From positions 1-45,667 of IMG/VR virus record IMGVR_UViG_3300029240_000018: a stretch of 45,667 bases of DNA, one strand, 5' to 3'. Of the stretch, positions 1-8,773 are shown piece by piece; the stretch's first letter is position 1; every line of letters begins with the position of its first letter. A program made the translations under genes and the position numbers. The notes beneath the pieces were generated by a model, which was given only the letters and a program-made list of their open reading frames with translations, had not been told where the DNA came from and ran no database searches. Source of the DNA: a virus.

Positions 1-99
1 GCACGCAATGACGGCAAAGGAATTAAACGACTTATATAAGAGTTTGGAAAATTTCATTGCTGATTGTACCCGGTCAGAGGTTGACGCCAACCGGGATGC
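1..99. repeat. Terminal duplication. Bases 1-99 are identical to 45569-45667, indicating circular closure or an assembly overlap.
   Basis: Direct comparison of both ends. The string gcacgcaatgacggcaaagg...ccaaccgggatgc is present at both termini. Confidence 0.95.
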
Positions 100-154
100 G
101 CTTAACAAGGTGCAAACCATGATACACCAACGAATGAGATTAACAACAAAATAG
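2..154 (+). CDS. 3' part of a small wrap-around ORF (hypothetical protein, about 56 aa). The 5' part is at 45552-45667.
   Basis: The frame continues from ATG 45552 through the duplicated end to TAG 152-154. Translation: MDKDELHAMTAKELNDLYKSLENFIADCTRSEVDANRDALNKVQTMIHQRMRLTTK. Confidence 0.5.
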   Translation, partial: HAMTAKELNDLYKSLENFIADCTRSEVDANRDALNKVQTMIHQRMRLTTK

Positions 155-162
155 TAATAACC

Positions 163-180
163 GCCGGGGGAAACCCCGGC
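163..180 (+). promoter_or_regulatory. Intergenic GC hairpin (7-bp stem GCCGGGG/CCCCGGC, GAAA loop) followed by CATAAACAATTAGAGCGATG
   Basis: Stem pairing read directly. It is related to the hairpins at 35370 and 38020. No T-run follows. Confidence 0.5.
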
Positions 181-196
181 ATAAACAATTAGAGCG

Positions 197-1642
197 ATGT
201 ATATTAAGAAATTGGAATTGTTGAATTTTCAAGTTATCAAAGAGTTCAACGCAGATTTTGAGGGTAATGTATATTTCATTACCGGGGACAATGAGTTAGG
301 CAAATCAACCCTTTTAAAAGCAATCGGCGCAATGTTGACCGGGAACCGGGACGCCGTGTTGAAAAATGGAGAGGACAAAGGGTTTGCAAAAATGGTTGTA
401 GGTAACGACGGCGAAAATTACGAGGTCGAATTAAAGTTTACCAAAGCCAACCCCCGTGGGACGTTATCCATTAAATCCCAAACAACCGGGATGCGTTCGG
501 ATAACGTTTCTATGTTGCAAAAGATTTTCGGCTACCAAGACTTTGACGCCGTGGAGTTTTCCCGTTGGAGCGAAACCGCCGAGGGACGCCGCAAACAAAT
601 TGAGGTTGTAAAGGCTTTGTTGCCGGAAAAAGTGCGCACCCGTATTGCAGAAATTGACGCCGAGGTTACGACCGTTAAGGACAAAAGAAAAGACGCCAAC
701 GCCGAGGTTAAGACGTACACAACCATTTGCGCCAACGCCGAAAAGCAATTGAAGCCCGGCGACGTCAAAACGTATGCCGAGAAAAAGGATATTACGGCGT
801 TGATGGAAGAGCAAAACGAAAATGCCCGGTTGATTGAGAAAGCGAAAACGGTACGCCAAGCCCGGCAACAAAGGATTGAACAATTGGAGGCAATCCCCGG
901 ACGAATTAAAGAGGCGGAAGAAACCCGAAAAAGTAATATTAAGGCAATCGACGACAAATTAGCCGCCGAGGAAAAAGAAGTTGCCCGGATAATTGCCGAG
1001 GCAAACGCCCGGTTGGAAAAAGCCAAAGAAGATGCGAAAGCCAACAAAAAAGCCATTGAAAACGATTATAAGGAAACGTTGCAAGTTATTGTAAACGACA
1101 AATCCGAGTTTGTGAAACGCAAAGCGAATGCCGACAAATGGTTAGAGGAATACGAAGCCAACAACCCGGAACAATTAGACACGGCGGAACAACTGAAAAA
1201 AGCCGAGGAACACAACCGTATCAATGCGTTGGTTGTGGATTACATGGCAAAGAAGAAACAAAAGGAAGCCGCCGAGAAAACCGCCCGCACGTTTGAGGAC
1301 AAATTAGGCGCATTGGCAAAGGAGCGGGAAACGCTTATTGCCACGTCCAAATTACCGATTGCCGGGCTTTCGTTCACGGACGACGGATTAGAATTAAACG
1401 GCGTGCCGTTCGTCGCCGGGAAAGTTTCAGATAGTCAAATTATGGAGGTTGCCGCCAAATTGATTATTGCAAGCAATCCGACGGTTAAGGTGTTCCGCAT
1501 TGCAAGGGGCGAAAGTTTGGGCGAAAAGCGTTTACAGGCGATTATAGACATTGCAAGGGCAAACGGTTTTCAGGGCTTTATAGAGGAAGTAAAGCGGGGA
1601 CAAACTGATTTAGTTGTTGAGGAATACACGGAAAACGAATAA
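197..1642 (+). CDS. Rad50/SbcC/RecF-type SMC-like ABC ATPase
   Basis: 481 aa with an ATG start. Walker A GDNELGKST near the N-terminus, a long K/E/A-rich coiled-coil middle, a C-terminal signature-like VSDSQ, and a hydrophobic strand ending in acidic residues. Confidence 0.7.
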   Translation: MYIKKLELLNFQVIKEFNADFEGNVYFITGDNELGKSTLLKAIGAMLTGNRDAVLKNGEDKGFAKMVVGNDGENYEVELKFTKANPRGTLSIKSQTTGMRSDNVSMLQKIFGYQDFDAVEFSRWSETAEGRRKQIEVVKALLPEKVRTRIAEIDAEVTTVKDKRKDANAEVKTYTTICANAEKQLKPGDVKTYAEKKDITALMEEQNENARLIEKAKTVRQARQQRIEQLEAIPGRIKEAEETRKSNIKAIDDKLAAEEKEVARIIAEANARLEKAKEDAKANKKAIENDYKETLQVIVNDKSEFVKRKANADKWLEEYEANNPEQLDTAEQLKKAEEHNRINALVVDYMAKKKQKEAAEKTARTFEDKLGALAKERETLIATSKLPIAGLSFTDDGLELNGVPFVAGKVSDSQIMEVAAKLIIASNPTVKVFRIARGESLGEKRLQAIIDIARANGFQGFIEEVKRGQTDLVVEEYTENE

Positions 1643-1648
1643 TAACCG

Positions 1649-1668
1649 GGGGCGGGCTTTCCGTCCCC
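1649..1668 (+). promoter_or_regulatory. Intergenic GC hairpin (GGGGCGG...CCGTCCCC, one bulge)
   Basis: Read directly downstream of the stop at 1642. Only a weak T-run follows. Confidence 0.35.
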
Positions 1669-1683
1669 TTAAAATCTAAAACA

Positions 1684-2832
1684 ATGGCATATACATTGAA
1701 CGATAATTTGAAACGTTGGGCGGAACAATACGAAACCGCCGAGTTTATCCAATCCGACCCGGTGCAAATCCCGCACCGTTACGATAGTCGGGTAAATATT
1801 GAGATTAGCGCATTTGTTACGGCGTGGATTGCGTGGGGTTCCCGCAAACAGATAATCCAAAAGGCGGATTTTATCGACCGGAAAATTTTCAAGGGTGCGC
1901 CGTATCATTACATTGTTGGAACCGATACGCAGGGAACCGCCCCGGAATGGAAGCAATACAAAGGCAGTAAAGAGAATTTTTATAGAACGTTTACATACGC
2001 CGATTTTCACGACCTTTGCGCCCGCTTATTTGACGTATATAGTAAGTTTGAGAACATGGAAAAGGCATTGCAAGCGCAACCGGGCGGGCGTCCATTGGAG
2101 CAATTACAACGTCTTTTCGGCGATGTTAAGGGCGTGCCGGATATGGAAACGAAAAGCGGTTGCAAACGCTTATGTATGTTTTTGCGTTGGATGTGTCGCC
2201 ACGGTTCCCCGGTTGACTTTGGATTGTGGACGATTTGCGACCCCCGTAATTTAATCATTCCATTAGATACCCACGTACATAAACAGGCATTGCGGTTGGG
2301 GCTTGTAAAACGTCGGACGCCGGATTTGCAAACAGCCATTGAGATAACCGACCGTTTCGCCGAGATATTCCCGGACGACCCGACAAAGGGCGATTTTGCG
2401 TTATTTGGTTATGGAGTGAACAACGGTAAGGTTGCACCCGTTACGACGGAACCGGAGCCGGAAAAAGAACAACCAACCGCCGTGGCTGATTTATCAATTG
2501 CCGATGTTTTGAAAATGCGATTGTTTTACGACAATGCCGCCGCCGAGGTTCGGGAAATATGGGAAAGCCGGGAAAAAGCCCGCAAAGAATTGAAAGCGAC
2601 CGAGCGTTTGAAAGCGCACCCAATCGACGGGTTACACAATGCCGGATTGTTGGAGCCGGGCGAATTTGTTGTTACATTCGCAAAGGTATTGGATAAACGG
2701 GAAACGAAGTTATCACGGGCGGAACGGGACGTTATCCATACAATCGGAATGACAGCGTTTAATAAGACAATGAAAAAATTAATAGCCGATGAAAAAGCGA
2801 GAAATAACAGCAACGGGGACAATAAACAATAA
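1684..2832 (+). CDS. TIGR02757/DUF2400-like protein (putative HhH-type DNA-base-processing fold) with a C-terminal extension of about 130 aa
   Basis: 382 aa. The N-terminal 250 aa or so (…AEFIQSDPVQIPHRY…, …CKRLCMFLRWMCR…, …IIPLDTHVH…) match my recollection of the DUF2400 family. The extension after a PEPEKE linker is unassigned. Confidence 0.5.
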   Translation: MAYTLNDNLKRWAEQYETAEFIQSDPVQIPHRYDSRVNIEISAFVTAWIAWGSRKQIIQKADFIDRKIFKGAPYHYIVGTDTQGTAPEWKQYKGSKENFYRTFTYADFHDLCARLFDVYSKFENMEKALQAQPGGRPLEQLQRLFGDVKGVPDMETKSGCKRLCMFLRWMCRHGSPVDFGLWTICDPRNLIIPLDTHVHKQALRLGLVKRRTPDLQTAIEITDRFAEIFPDDPTKGDFALFGYGVNNGKVAPVTTEPEPEKEQPTAVADLSIADVLKMRLFYDNAAAEVREIWESREKARKELKATERLKAHPIDGLHNAGLLEPGEFVVTFAKVLDKRETKLSRAERDVIHTIGMTAFNKTMKKLIADEKARNNSNGDNKQ

Positions 2833-2845
2833 CGGCGGGTTGGCA

Positions 2846-3220
2846 ATGTACATGGGGGAATTAAACGAGTTTTTCAAGGGTTGGAAAGGTTCCCGCATTA
2901 TCGCCCGGTTCATTGTAGCGTCGCCCGGTTCGTCCGAGGCTTTGAAAGGGTATTACTTTAACTATGTTGTACCGACGTTTAAGCACGCAATTTGGGAGGC
3001 GGGCGAACGTCTTACAGAGGAACAAACCGAACGACGTTTGCGGGAATTTTCCCCAATTATGTACGTTGAACGGGTCAACGAGGAAACGGGGGTATATTCC
3101 CACGATTTGCGCACCGTGGCGGATTTGTCGAACGCCGAGTTAATCGAACATATCGAAACGCTCAAACAGATAGCCGCCGAGGAATACAATACATTTATTG
3201 ACGACCCCCGAACGTTGTAG
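2846..3220 (+). CDS. Hypothetical protein
   Basis: The ORF is trimmed to ATG 2846, the first start after the upstream stop at 2832. There is a very tentative resemblance to small NinB/Orf-like recombination mediators. Confidence 0.55.
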   Translation: MYMGELNEFFKGWKGSRIIARFIVASPGSSEALKGYYFNYVVPTFKHAIWEAGERLTEEQTERRLREFSPIMYVERVNEETGVYSHDLRTVADLSNAELIEHIETLKQIAAEEYNTFIDDPRTL

Positions 3221-3222
3221 GT

Positions 3223-3408
3223 ATGTTTTGCAAGTGTAACGGAAAGCGGAAAAATTACCCGTTGGCGGGTTGGCGGATTATCCGCCACGAATACACGCCA
3301 AAGCATTACAGCCGGATAAAGTGTTTGCGATGCGGGTGCGTTTGGATTACACGGGCAAAATATGTTGAACAAACCCCCAACGAGGATGGGCAAAAAAGAC
3401 TTTTTTAG
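3223..3408 (+). CDS. Small Cys-containing (zinc-ribbon-like) hypothetical protein
   Basis: 61 aa with CKC…CLRCGC cysteine pairs, tightly packed between its neighbours. Confidence 0.45.
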   Translation: MFCKCNGKRKNYPLAGWRIIRHEYTPKHYSRIKCLRCGCVWITRAKYVEQTPNEDGQKRLF

Positions 3409-3409
3409 T

Positions 3410-3607
3410 ATGGAATTAAACGACAAATCCCCGATGCCGCAAGGTAAATTTAAGGGGCAACCGATGGAAAACGTACCGTATTGGCATTTGCTTTGGTTAG
3501 AGAACCAACCGTATTGCCGCAAAGATGTAAAACAATACATTGAGGAAAACCGGGACGTTTTGGAATTGGAGAAAAAGCGGGATAAATACCGCAATGAAAA
3601 TGAGTAA
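3410..3607 (+). CDS. DUF3820-like protein
   Basis: Start at ATG 3410. MPQGKFKGQPMENVPYWHLLWLENQ matches the MPFGKYKG…YLLWL pattern of DUF3820 as I recall it. Confidence 0.55.
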   Translation: MELNDKSPMPQGKFKGQPMENVPYWHLLWLENQPYCRKDVKQYIEENRDVLELEKKRDKYRNENE

Positions 3608-3630
3608 TTAACAATTTAATAACCGATAGT

Positions 3631-3882
3631 ATGACAAATGAGCAATTACAGAACGGCGCAAAGTTAGCCGAAAAAATCGACGCATTGGAGGCGCAATTAG
3701 AGGGTTGGAAACGTGCAACATGTTTCATGTATGAAAATGTTACTTTATACTGCAAAGAAGATGGACGGGTTTTTGATAAAATTAAAACGTCCTTTATTGA
3801 TTTTGATGTTATGAAAACTCTAACAATCGCCCGTATTGAGAAAGAATTAAGTAAGTTAAAAACAGACTTTGAAAATTTATAA
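3631..3882 (+). CDS. Hypothetical protein
   Basis: 83-aa ORF with an ATG start and no recognisable motif. Confidence 0.5.
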   Translation: MTNEQLQNGAKLAEKIDALEAQLEGWKRATCFMYENVTLYCKEDGRVFDKIKTSFIDFDVMKTLTIARIEKELSKLKTDFENL

Positions 3883-3886
3883 GGTT

Positions 3887-4693
3887 ATGCAAAAATTTGA
3901 TTTGAAAGATATTTGTTTCTTTGATTGTGAAACAACCGGGGTTCCGGCAAAGGGTTTGAAATGGGATGCGGATTTTGAGCAATTCCCGCACGTCGTCCAA
4001 TTGGCATGGTCGTTTGGCGATAAGGAAAAAAGTTATATAATCAAGCCGGACAATTACGAGATACCCCCGGAAACAACCGCAATACACGGTATAACAACCG
4101 AACGGGCAATTAAAGAGGGCGTACCATTTGCCGAGGTTGTGGACGAATTTTTAGCGGATGCAAACGCCGCCCCGCTTGTATGTGCGCATAACATTTACTT
4201 TGATACGTCGATGTTGAAAGCAAACATTTTGCGCTATTGTGGTAAAGAGTATTACGATGCCAAAGCCGAGGACGCATTGCACAAAGGAAAGCGCATTGAT
4301 ACAATGATGAAAACAATTAAATTTGTCGGCGCATTGTTTGCAAATGGTCGTCCCGGTAAGTTTCCGCAATTAGAGGAATTATATACAAAGTTATTCCCCG
4401 GCGAAACATTCCCGGCGCATGACGCATTAGAGGACATACGGGCGTTGCGCCGTTGCGTCCCGGAATTGGTTAATTTGGGGATTATTGAGTTGGCGCAAAA
4501 GGAATACCCGGCGGAACAACTCAAAGCCCAATTTGAGCCGGAAAAGCCCAAAGGCGGGCGTAATATTGAGTTCCACGACCCCAACCCGGTAACGGAACCA
4601 ATCGGAACCGGGGAACCCGTCCCGGAACCGGAACGCCCGGCGGTTCCGTCGAATAGTAAGACACGGGAATTGTTGGACGAAAACGATTTTTGA
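3887..4693 (+). CDS. DnaQ/epsilon-like DEDDh 3'-5' exonuclease
   Basis: Exo I FFDCETTG, Exo II AHNIYFDTSML and Exo III HDALEDIRAL. The track start at 3869 is TTG and overlaps the previous gene, so ATG 3887 is preferred. Confidence 0.85.
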   Translation: MQKFDLKDICFFDCETTGVPAKGLKWDADFEQFPHVVQLAWSFGDKEKSYIIKPDNYEIPPETTAIHGITTERAIKEGVPFAEVVDEFLADANAAPLVCAHNIYFDTSMLKANILRYCGKEYYDAKAEDALHKGKRIDTMMKTIKFVGALFANGRPGKFPQLEELYTKLFPGETFPAHDALEDIRALRRCVPELVNLGIIELAQKEYPAEQLKAQFEPEKPKGGRNIEFHDPNPVTEPIGTGEPVPEPERPAVPSNSKTRELLDENDF

Positions 4694-4694
4694 A

Positions 4695-5582
4695 ATGGCA
4701 AAGCGAACGAAAGACGAATTTACACGGGATTGGATAATTGAAAATTCCGTTGAGATATTGAGCCGATACGAACCCGGAGTTTTAACAATCCGTGCGTTGC
4801 ATTATCAATTAGTTAGTATTGGCATGACAAACACGTTACAGCACTATAAACGTGTTGTTTCTGCAATGGAGGTTGCCCGATGGGACGGACGGGTTGATTT
4901 TGAAGCATTCAGCGACCGAGATAGGGCAATGTGTGGCGAAACCAAAGCGGAACCAACCGATTTGGAAGAAAAGCAAGACGAAGCAAAAGCGCAGGTTAGG
5001 GCGTGGATGCGTTCGTATCATAAAAACCGTTGGGAAAATCAACCGATTTACCCGGAAATACTGATTGAAAAGAAAGCATTGGAGGGCGTTTTTGCGAAAC
5101 CGTGCCGTAATTGGGACATTGCGGTTGGGGCTTGTAAGGGCTACCCGTCGTTAACATTCTTATTTGAATTGTCGGAACGATTGAGAGAGGCGCAAGCCAA
5201 CGGCAAACAATGCGTTATCCTATATTTTGGCGATTACGACCCGTCGGGGGAAGATATACCCCGGTCGATTGGCGAAAACTTGCAAAAGTTCGGTGTTTTT
5301 GGGGTCGAAATACGACGTATTGCGTTGATGGAACAACAGGTTATCGAATGGAATTTGCCGCCCGCCCCGGCAAAGGAAACAGATAGCCGGACGGCGAATT
5401 GGGACGGATTGGGACAGGTTGAGTTAGACGCCGTAAAACCGGAAAAACTGATTTCCTTATTGGACGATGCAATTAACGAGATATTCGACCGGGAATTATA
5501 CGACGAATTGTTAGAACGTGAAAGCGACGAACGGGAACAATTCCAAACCGAATTAAAACGTTACGTTGAAGATGATTTATAA
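4695..5582 (+). CDS. Topo VI-A/Spo11-like protein (5Y-CAP-like winged helix plus Toprim), 'Topo mini-A'-like
   Basis: 295 aa. R-x-L-H-Y (TIRALHYQL) sits in the N-terminal domain. The Toprim Glu context is ILIEKKALEGVF, and the DxD motif is YFGDYDPSGEDI. Confidence 0.6.
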   Translation: MAKRTKDEFTRDWIIENSVEILSRYEPGVLTIRALHYQLVSIGMTNTLQHYKRVVSAMEVARWDGRVDFEAFSDRDRAMCGETKAEPTDLEEKQDEAKAQVRAWMRSYHKNRWENQPIYPEILIEKKALEGVFAKPCRNWDIAVGACKGYPSLTFLFELSERLREAQANGKQCVILYFGDYDPSGEDIPRSIGENLQKFGVFGVEIRRIALMEQQVIEWNLPPAPAKETDSRTANWDGLGQVELDAVKPEKLISLLDDAINEIFDRELYDELLERESDEREQFQTELKRYVEDDL

Positions 5583-5589
5583 AACCGAC

Positions 5590-5607
5590 GCCGGGCGGGT
5601 TCCCGGC
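5590..5607 (+). promoter_or_regulatory. Intergenic GC hairpin (GCCGGG-cgggtt-CCCGGC)
   Basis: Read directly after the stop at 5582. Confidence 0.4.
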
Positions 5608-5624
5608 AACAATATTATAATAAA

Positions 5625-6314
5625 ATGAGCGAAAAAGAAAAAGCCGCAAACGTTATGTTGATACCAAGCGAAAAGGCGTTTGCATTGTCGAAAGTCAAGA
5701 CATTAAAGGACGGCGGGTTAGACGTGCATTATGAAGTTACCGAAACAATCGGCAATGAGAGTTACACGAACAAATACCACGTCGAAAGCGCAAAGGACAT
5801 ACACCCCGATTTACGGGATTGTTTCGACCGTTTGCGCCCAATCATGGGACGAATTTTTAATATTACGTCCTTTCTTTCAATGGTTGAAACGTCCGATTTC
5901 AAGGCAACCAAAAAGCAAAGCGAATTATCAAGGGATTTTGCCGACGAAATGTTGAAAAACATAGAGGTTCGGGGCGTGTCCTTTTCCGGTCAAGATGATA
6001 ACGTTGGGGTTGTTTTAACCGGATTGTTTACCGTGTCGAACAATCAAAAAACCGCTATCAATTCCCCCCGCCTTAAATTCAATACGGAAACGTTCGGGTT
6101 TGAGGAAGAATTAGAAGAAATTGCCGCCGACATTGAAACCGAGGTTTACGCATTTCTTTTCAAGGGGAAAAAGGCACAATTGGAGTTGTTCGGGGCTGAT
6201 GGCGAAGCCGCACCCGGATTGAATGCCGAAAAGGTAGAGGATAACGGATTGTTCCCGGACGTTGACGACCCGGCGGACGAAAACGAGGAAAACGACGAAA
6301 CCGGGGATATGTAA
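5625..6314 (+). CDS. Hypothetical protein with a strongly acidic C-terminal tail
   Basis: 229 aa ending in …DVDDPADENEENDETGDM. Confidence 0.55.
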   Translation: MSEKEKAANVMLIPSEKAFALSKVKTLKDGGLDVHYEVTETIGNESYTNKYHVESAKDIHPDLRDCFDRLRPIMGRIFNITSFLSMVETSDFKATKKQSELSRDFADEMLKNIEVRGVSFSGQDDNVGVVLTGLFTVSNNQKTAINSPRLKFNTETFGFEEELEEIAADIETEVYAFLFKGKKAQLELFGADGEAAPGLNAEKVEDNGLFPDVDDPADENEENDETGDM

Positions 6315-6317
6315 GGC

Positions 6318-6779
6318 ATGGAACCGTATTTGCTAACAGACCGGGACGAATACAATTATTGCATCCAAAGGGGGTATAATCCCCTTTTGGATTTGCGTAA
6401 TTTCCGCATGGATATTCGTTTGAGGGTTGAGATACAACGGGAGTTGTTCGGGCATTGTATTACGGGGCGGGGCGCAAATATCATGGCGGCAAATGAACGC
6501 TTTTTCCGTTGGGTTTGGGAACATAAGCCGCACCGATGCGAGGAATGTTTAAAACCATTGCGGAATTATTCCGCCGTGTATTGTTCCCATATTTTAACCC
6601 GTGGAGCATTCCCGGAGGCGGCGCACGATGCAAGGAATATAAATATACTTTGCTTTGAACACCACAACGAATGGGAAAACGGCAATAAAACCAAAATGCG
6701 TATTTATCCCGGAAATGTGAAAATAATAGAGTTAATTAAAAATGAATATGGAAGTTTGGAAAGAGATAGACGGTTATAA
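6318..6779 (+). CDS. HNH endonuclease
   Basis: CEEC…CSHIL…HDARNINILCFEHHNEW gives a CxxC plus H-N-H arrangement. Confidence 0.7.
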   Translation: MEPYLLTDRDEYNYCIQRGYNPLLDLRNFRMDIRLRVEIQRELFGHCITGRGANIMAANERFFRWVWEHKPHRCEECLKPLRNYSAVYCSHILTRGAFPEAAHDARNINILCFEHHNEWENGNKTKMRIYPGNVKIIELIKNEYGSLERDRRL

Positions 6780-7155
6780 CCAACGTTACGAGGTTAGCAA
6801 TTACGGGCGGGTTCGTTCTAAAGATATGGTTGTAAATGGACGGTTACAGAATTGCCACAAAATAAAAGGGCGAATATTAAAACCGTACACGGATAAAGAG
6901 GGATATAAGGGCGTTGTACTCTGTATTAATCAAAAACGCAAAACGTTTCGATTACATAGATTAGTTGCGGCGGCTTTCATTCCGAACCCGGACAATTTGC
7001 CGGAAATAGACCATATCGACGGCAACCGAGCCAATAACGATACGACTAATTTACGTTGGAGTACCCGCAAACAAAATTCCAATAATCCAATAACCCGCAA
7101 ACGGGTTGCATTGTCTAAAATGGGACAATTGAACCCACAATATAAAGGCGAATGA
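6742..7155 (+). CDS. NUMOD4/HNH_3-type homing endonuclease
   Basis: WKEIDGYNQRYEVSNYGRVRS is NUMOD4-like. HRLVAAAFIPNP…EIDHIDGNRANNDTTNLRW is HNH_3-like. Confidence 0.85.
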   Translation: MNMEVWKEIDGYNQRYEVSNYGRVRSKDMVVNGRLQNCHKIKGRILKPYTDKEGYKGVVLCINQKRKTFRLHRLVAAAFIPNPDNLPEIDHIDGNRANNDTTNLRWSTRKQNSNNPITRKRVALSKMGQLNPQYKGE

Positions 7156-7505
7156 GAACAAAAAAGAGAACCCCCGATTTTGGGGCAATTTCCCGGTCAT
7201 CAATCAAAAAAGACTTTCAGAGGGTACAAAGATACCCCGCCGAGGAAAAACGCCCTCAAATCGAAGAATTGCCAAAAATAAACGCCGAACGTCGCATTAT
7301 CCATATATCAGAAACGAGCGCATACGCCAAGTTTGCCCGGTACATTGTCGGTAAATTGGTACGCCTCAAAGAAAAAGCGAACGTTGGCGGCAATTCATGG
7401 TATTGCGAGTTTGTACACGACGACGACCGGAAAGCCTTAAACATGGCGGCGGGTTGGTCTGATAATAAGAAATTGTATTTGTTAGATGGAATTAAATTCA
7501 AATAA
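7152..7505 (+). CDS. Hypothetical protein
   Basis: 117 aa with an ATGA overlap to the upstream stop. Confidence 0.5.
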   Translation: MRTKKRTPDFGAISRSSIKKDFQRVQRYPAEEKRPQIEELPKINAERRIIHISETSAYAKFARYIVGKLVRLKEKANVGGNSWYCEFVHDDDRKALNMAAGWSDNKKLYLLDGIKFK

Positions 7506-7507
7506 TT

Positions 7508-7921
7508 ATGAGTGTAAATAAAGTTACTTTATTGGGGCATACAGGAAAAGCCCCGGATTTTAAGGAGTTCGACAACGGCGGTTGCGTTGCGACCTTTTCG
7601 TTGGCAACCACGAAACGAGGGTTTACGACAAAGGACGGGCGGCAAATCCCGGAGCGTACCGAATGGCATAACATAGTATTGCAAAATGGTTTAGCAAAAG
7701 TTGCCAATCAGTACGTCAAAAAGGGCGATAAACTTTATATTGAGGGAGAATTAAGAACCCGGAGTTATGACGATGCGCAAGGCGTGAAACGATACATTAC
7801 CGAGATTGTCGCAACCGATATGGAAATGTTGACCCCGAAAACAACCGGAGCCGGAACGCAAGCCCCGCCAACCGCACCGCCCGCACCCGCCCCGGAACCG
7901 TCGGACGATTTACCGTTTTAA
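7508..7921 (+). CDS. ssb: Single-stranded DNA-binding protein
   Basis: OB-fold N-terminus MSVNKVTLLGHTGKAPD…TEWHNIVL, a Pro/Ala-rich linker, and the acidic tip DDLPF. Confidence 0.9.
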   Translation: MSVNKVTLLGHTGKAPDFKEFDNGGCVATFSLATTKRGFTTKDGRQIPERTEWHNIVLQNGLAKVANQYVKKGDKLYIEGELRTRSYDDAQGVKRYITEIVATDMEMLTPKTTGAGTQAPPTAPPAPAPEPSDDLPF

Positions 7922-7933
7922 TCTGTTTGAGTT

Positions 7934-8773
7934 ATGGGAGCGATAAACGGACGGGTTATTTACAGCCCAAAAGGAAAAGCCGGGGAATATGCCGAGAACG
8001 CCGCCAATTTTTACGTTGGTTGTTCCAACGGATGCACGTATTGTTATTTGCGCAAAGGGCGGGGCGCAAAAGTGTTGGGCGGCAATACCCCGGAATTGAA
8101 AAAGACATTACGGGAATATCCATACGCATTGGATATATTTACGAATGAGTTGTTGAAGCATAAGGACGAATTGCAAAAAACGGGGTTATTCTTTTCGTTT
8201 ACAACCGACCCGTTATTGCCGGAAACGCAAAGGTTGACCCGCCAAGCAATCGGCGTTTGTCAACGCCACGGCGTCCCGGTTAAGGTATTGAGTAAATGCG
8301 CCGAGGGTATCAATATTTTAATCGACTTTGCCGAGGCGTCCGAGGGTTGGGATAAATCCCGCATTGCCATTGGTTCCACGTTGACCGGGTGCGACGAATT
8401 GGAACCAAAAGCAAGCCCAAACCGGATGCGTATAAACGCATTGGCACGGGCGAAACGCCACGGGTTCCGTACCTTTGCAAGCGTTGAACCAATCCCCGTG
8501 GGAATGTTTGACCGGGCGTTTTCTGTAATTGCTTTGTCGTACCCGTTTGTTGACTTGTTTAAGATAGGGTTGCAAAGTGGTTGCAGATATACCAAGCGGG
8601 AAACATTGATGTTTTACAACGACGTGTTCGACTATTGGGAGGCGCACCCGAACAAAACGCCCCGGATATATTGGAAAGATAGTTTTGTTAAGGCGTCCGG
8701 GATTGAACGGGAAACATTACCCGGTTATTGTGTCCCGGCTAATTATAATTTATTCGACAATGGCAGAACATGA
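7934..8773 (+). CDS. Radical SAM protein, SPL/'DNA repair photolyase' (COG1533)-like
   Basis: CX3CX2C cluster in YVGCSNGCTYCYLRKG near the N-terminus. At 279 aa, its size and layout resemble SplB-like enzymes. Confidence 0.65.
   Translation: MGAINGRVIYSPKGKAGEYAENAANFYVGCSNGCTYCYLRKGRGAKVLGGNTPELKKTLREYPYALDIFTNELLKHKDELQKTGLFFSFTTDPLLPETQRLTRQAIGVCQRHGVPVKVLSKCAEGINILIDFAEASEGWDKSRIAIGSTLTGCDELEPKASPNRMRINALARAKRHGFRTFASVEPIPVGMFDRAFSVIALSYPFVDLFKIGLQSGCRYTKRETLMFYNDVFDYWEAHPNKTPRIYWKDSFVKASGIERETLPGYCVPANYNLFDNGRT

Noticed and set aside
1-99. The 99-nt terminal repeat as a biological direct terminal repeat
   Set aside because: Its length and exactness fit an assembler k-mer overlap. It falls in the middle of an ORF rather than at an intergenic packaging site.
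7927-8148. Alternative-frame + strand ORFs overlapping larger genes (7927-8148, 12018-12317, 18781-19083, 28059-28328, 36000-36275, 44728-45009 and others)
   Set aside because: They lie entirely inside better-supported ORFs in another frame. Their products are basic and low-complexity, and they have no independent start context.
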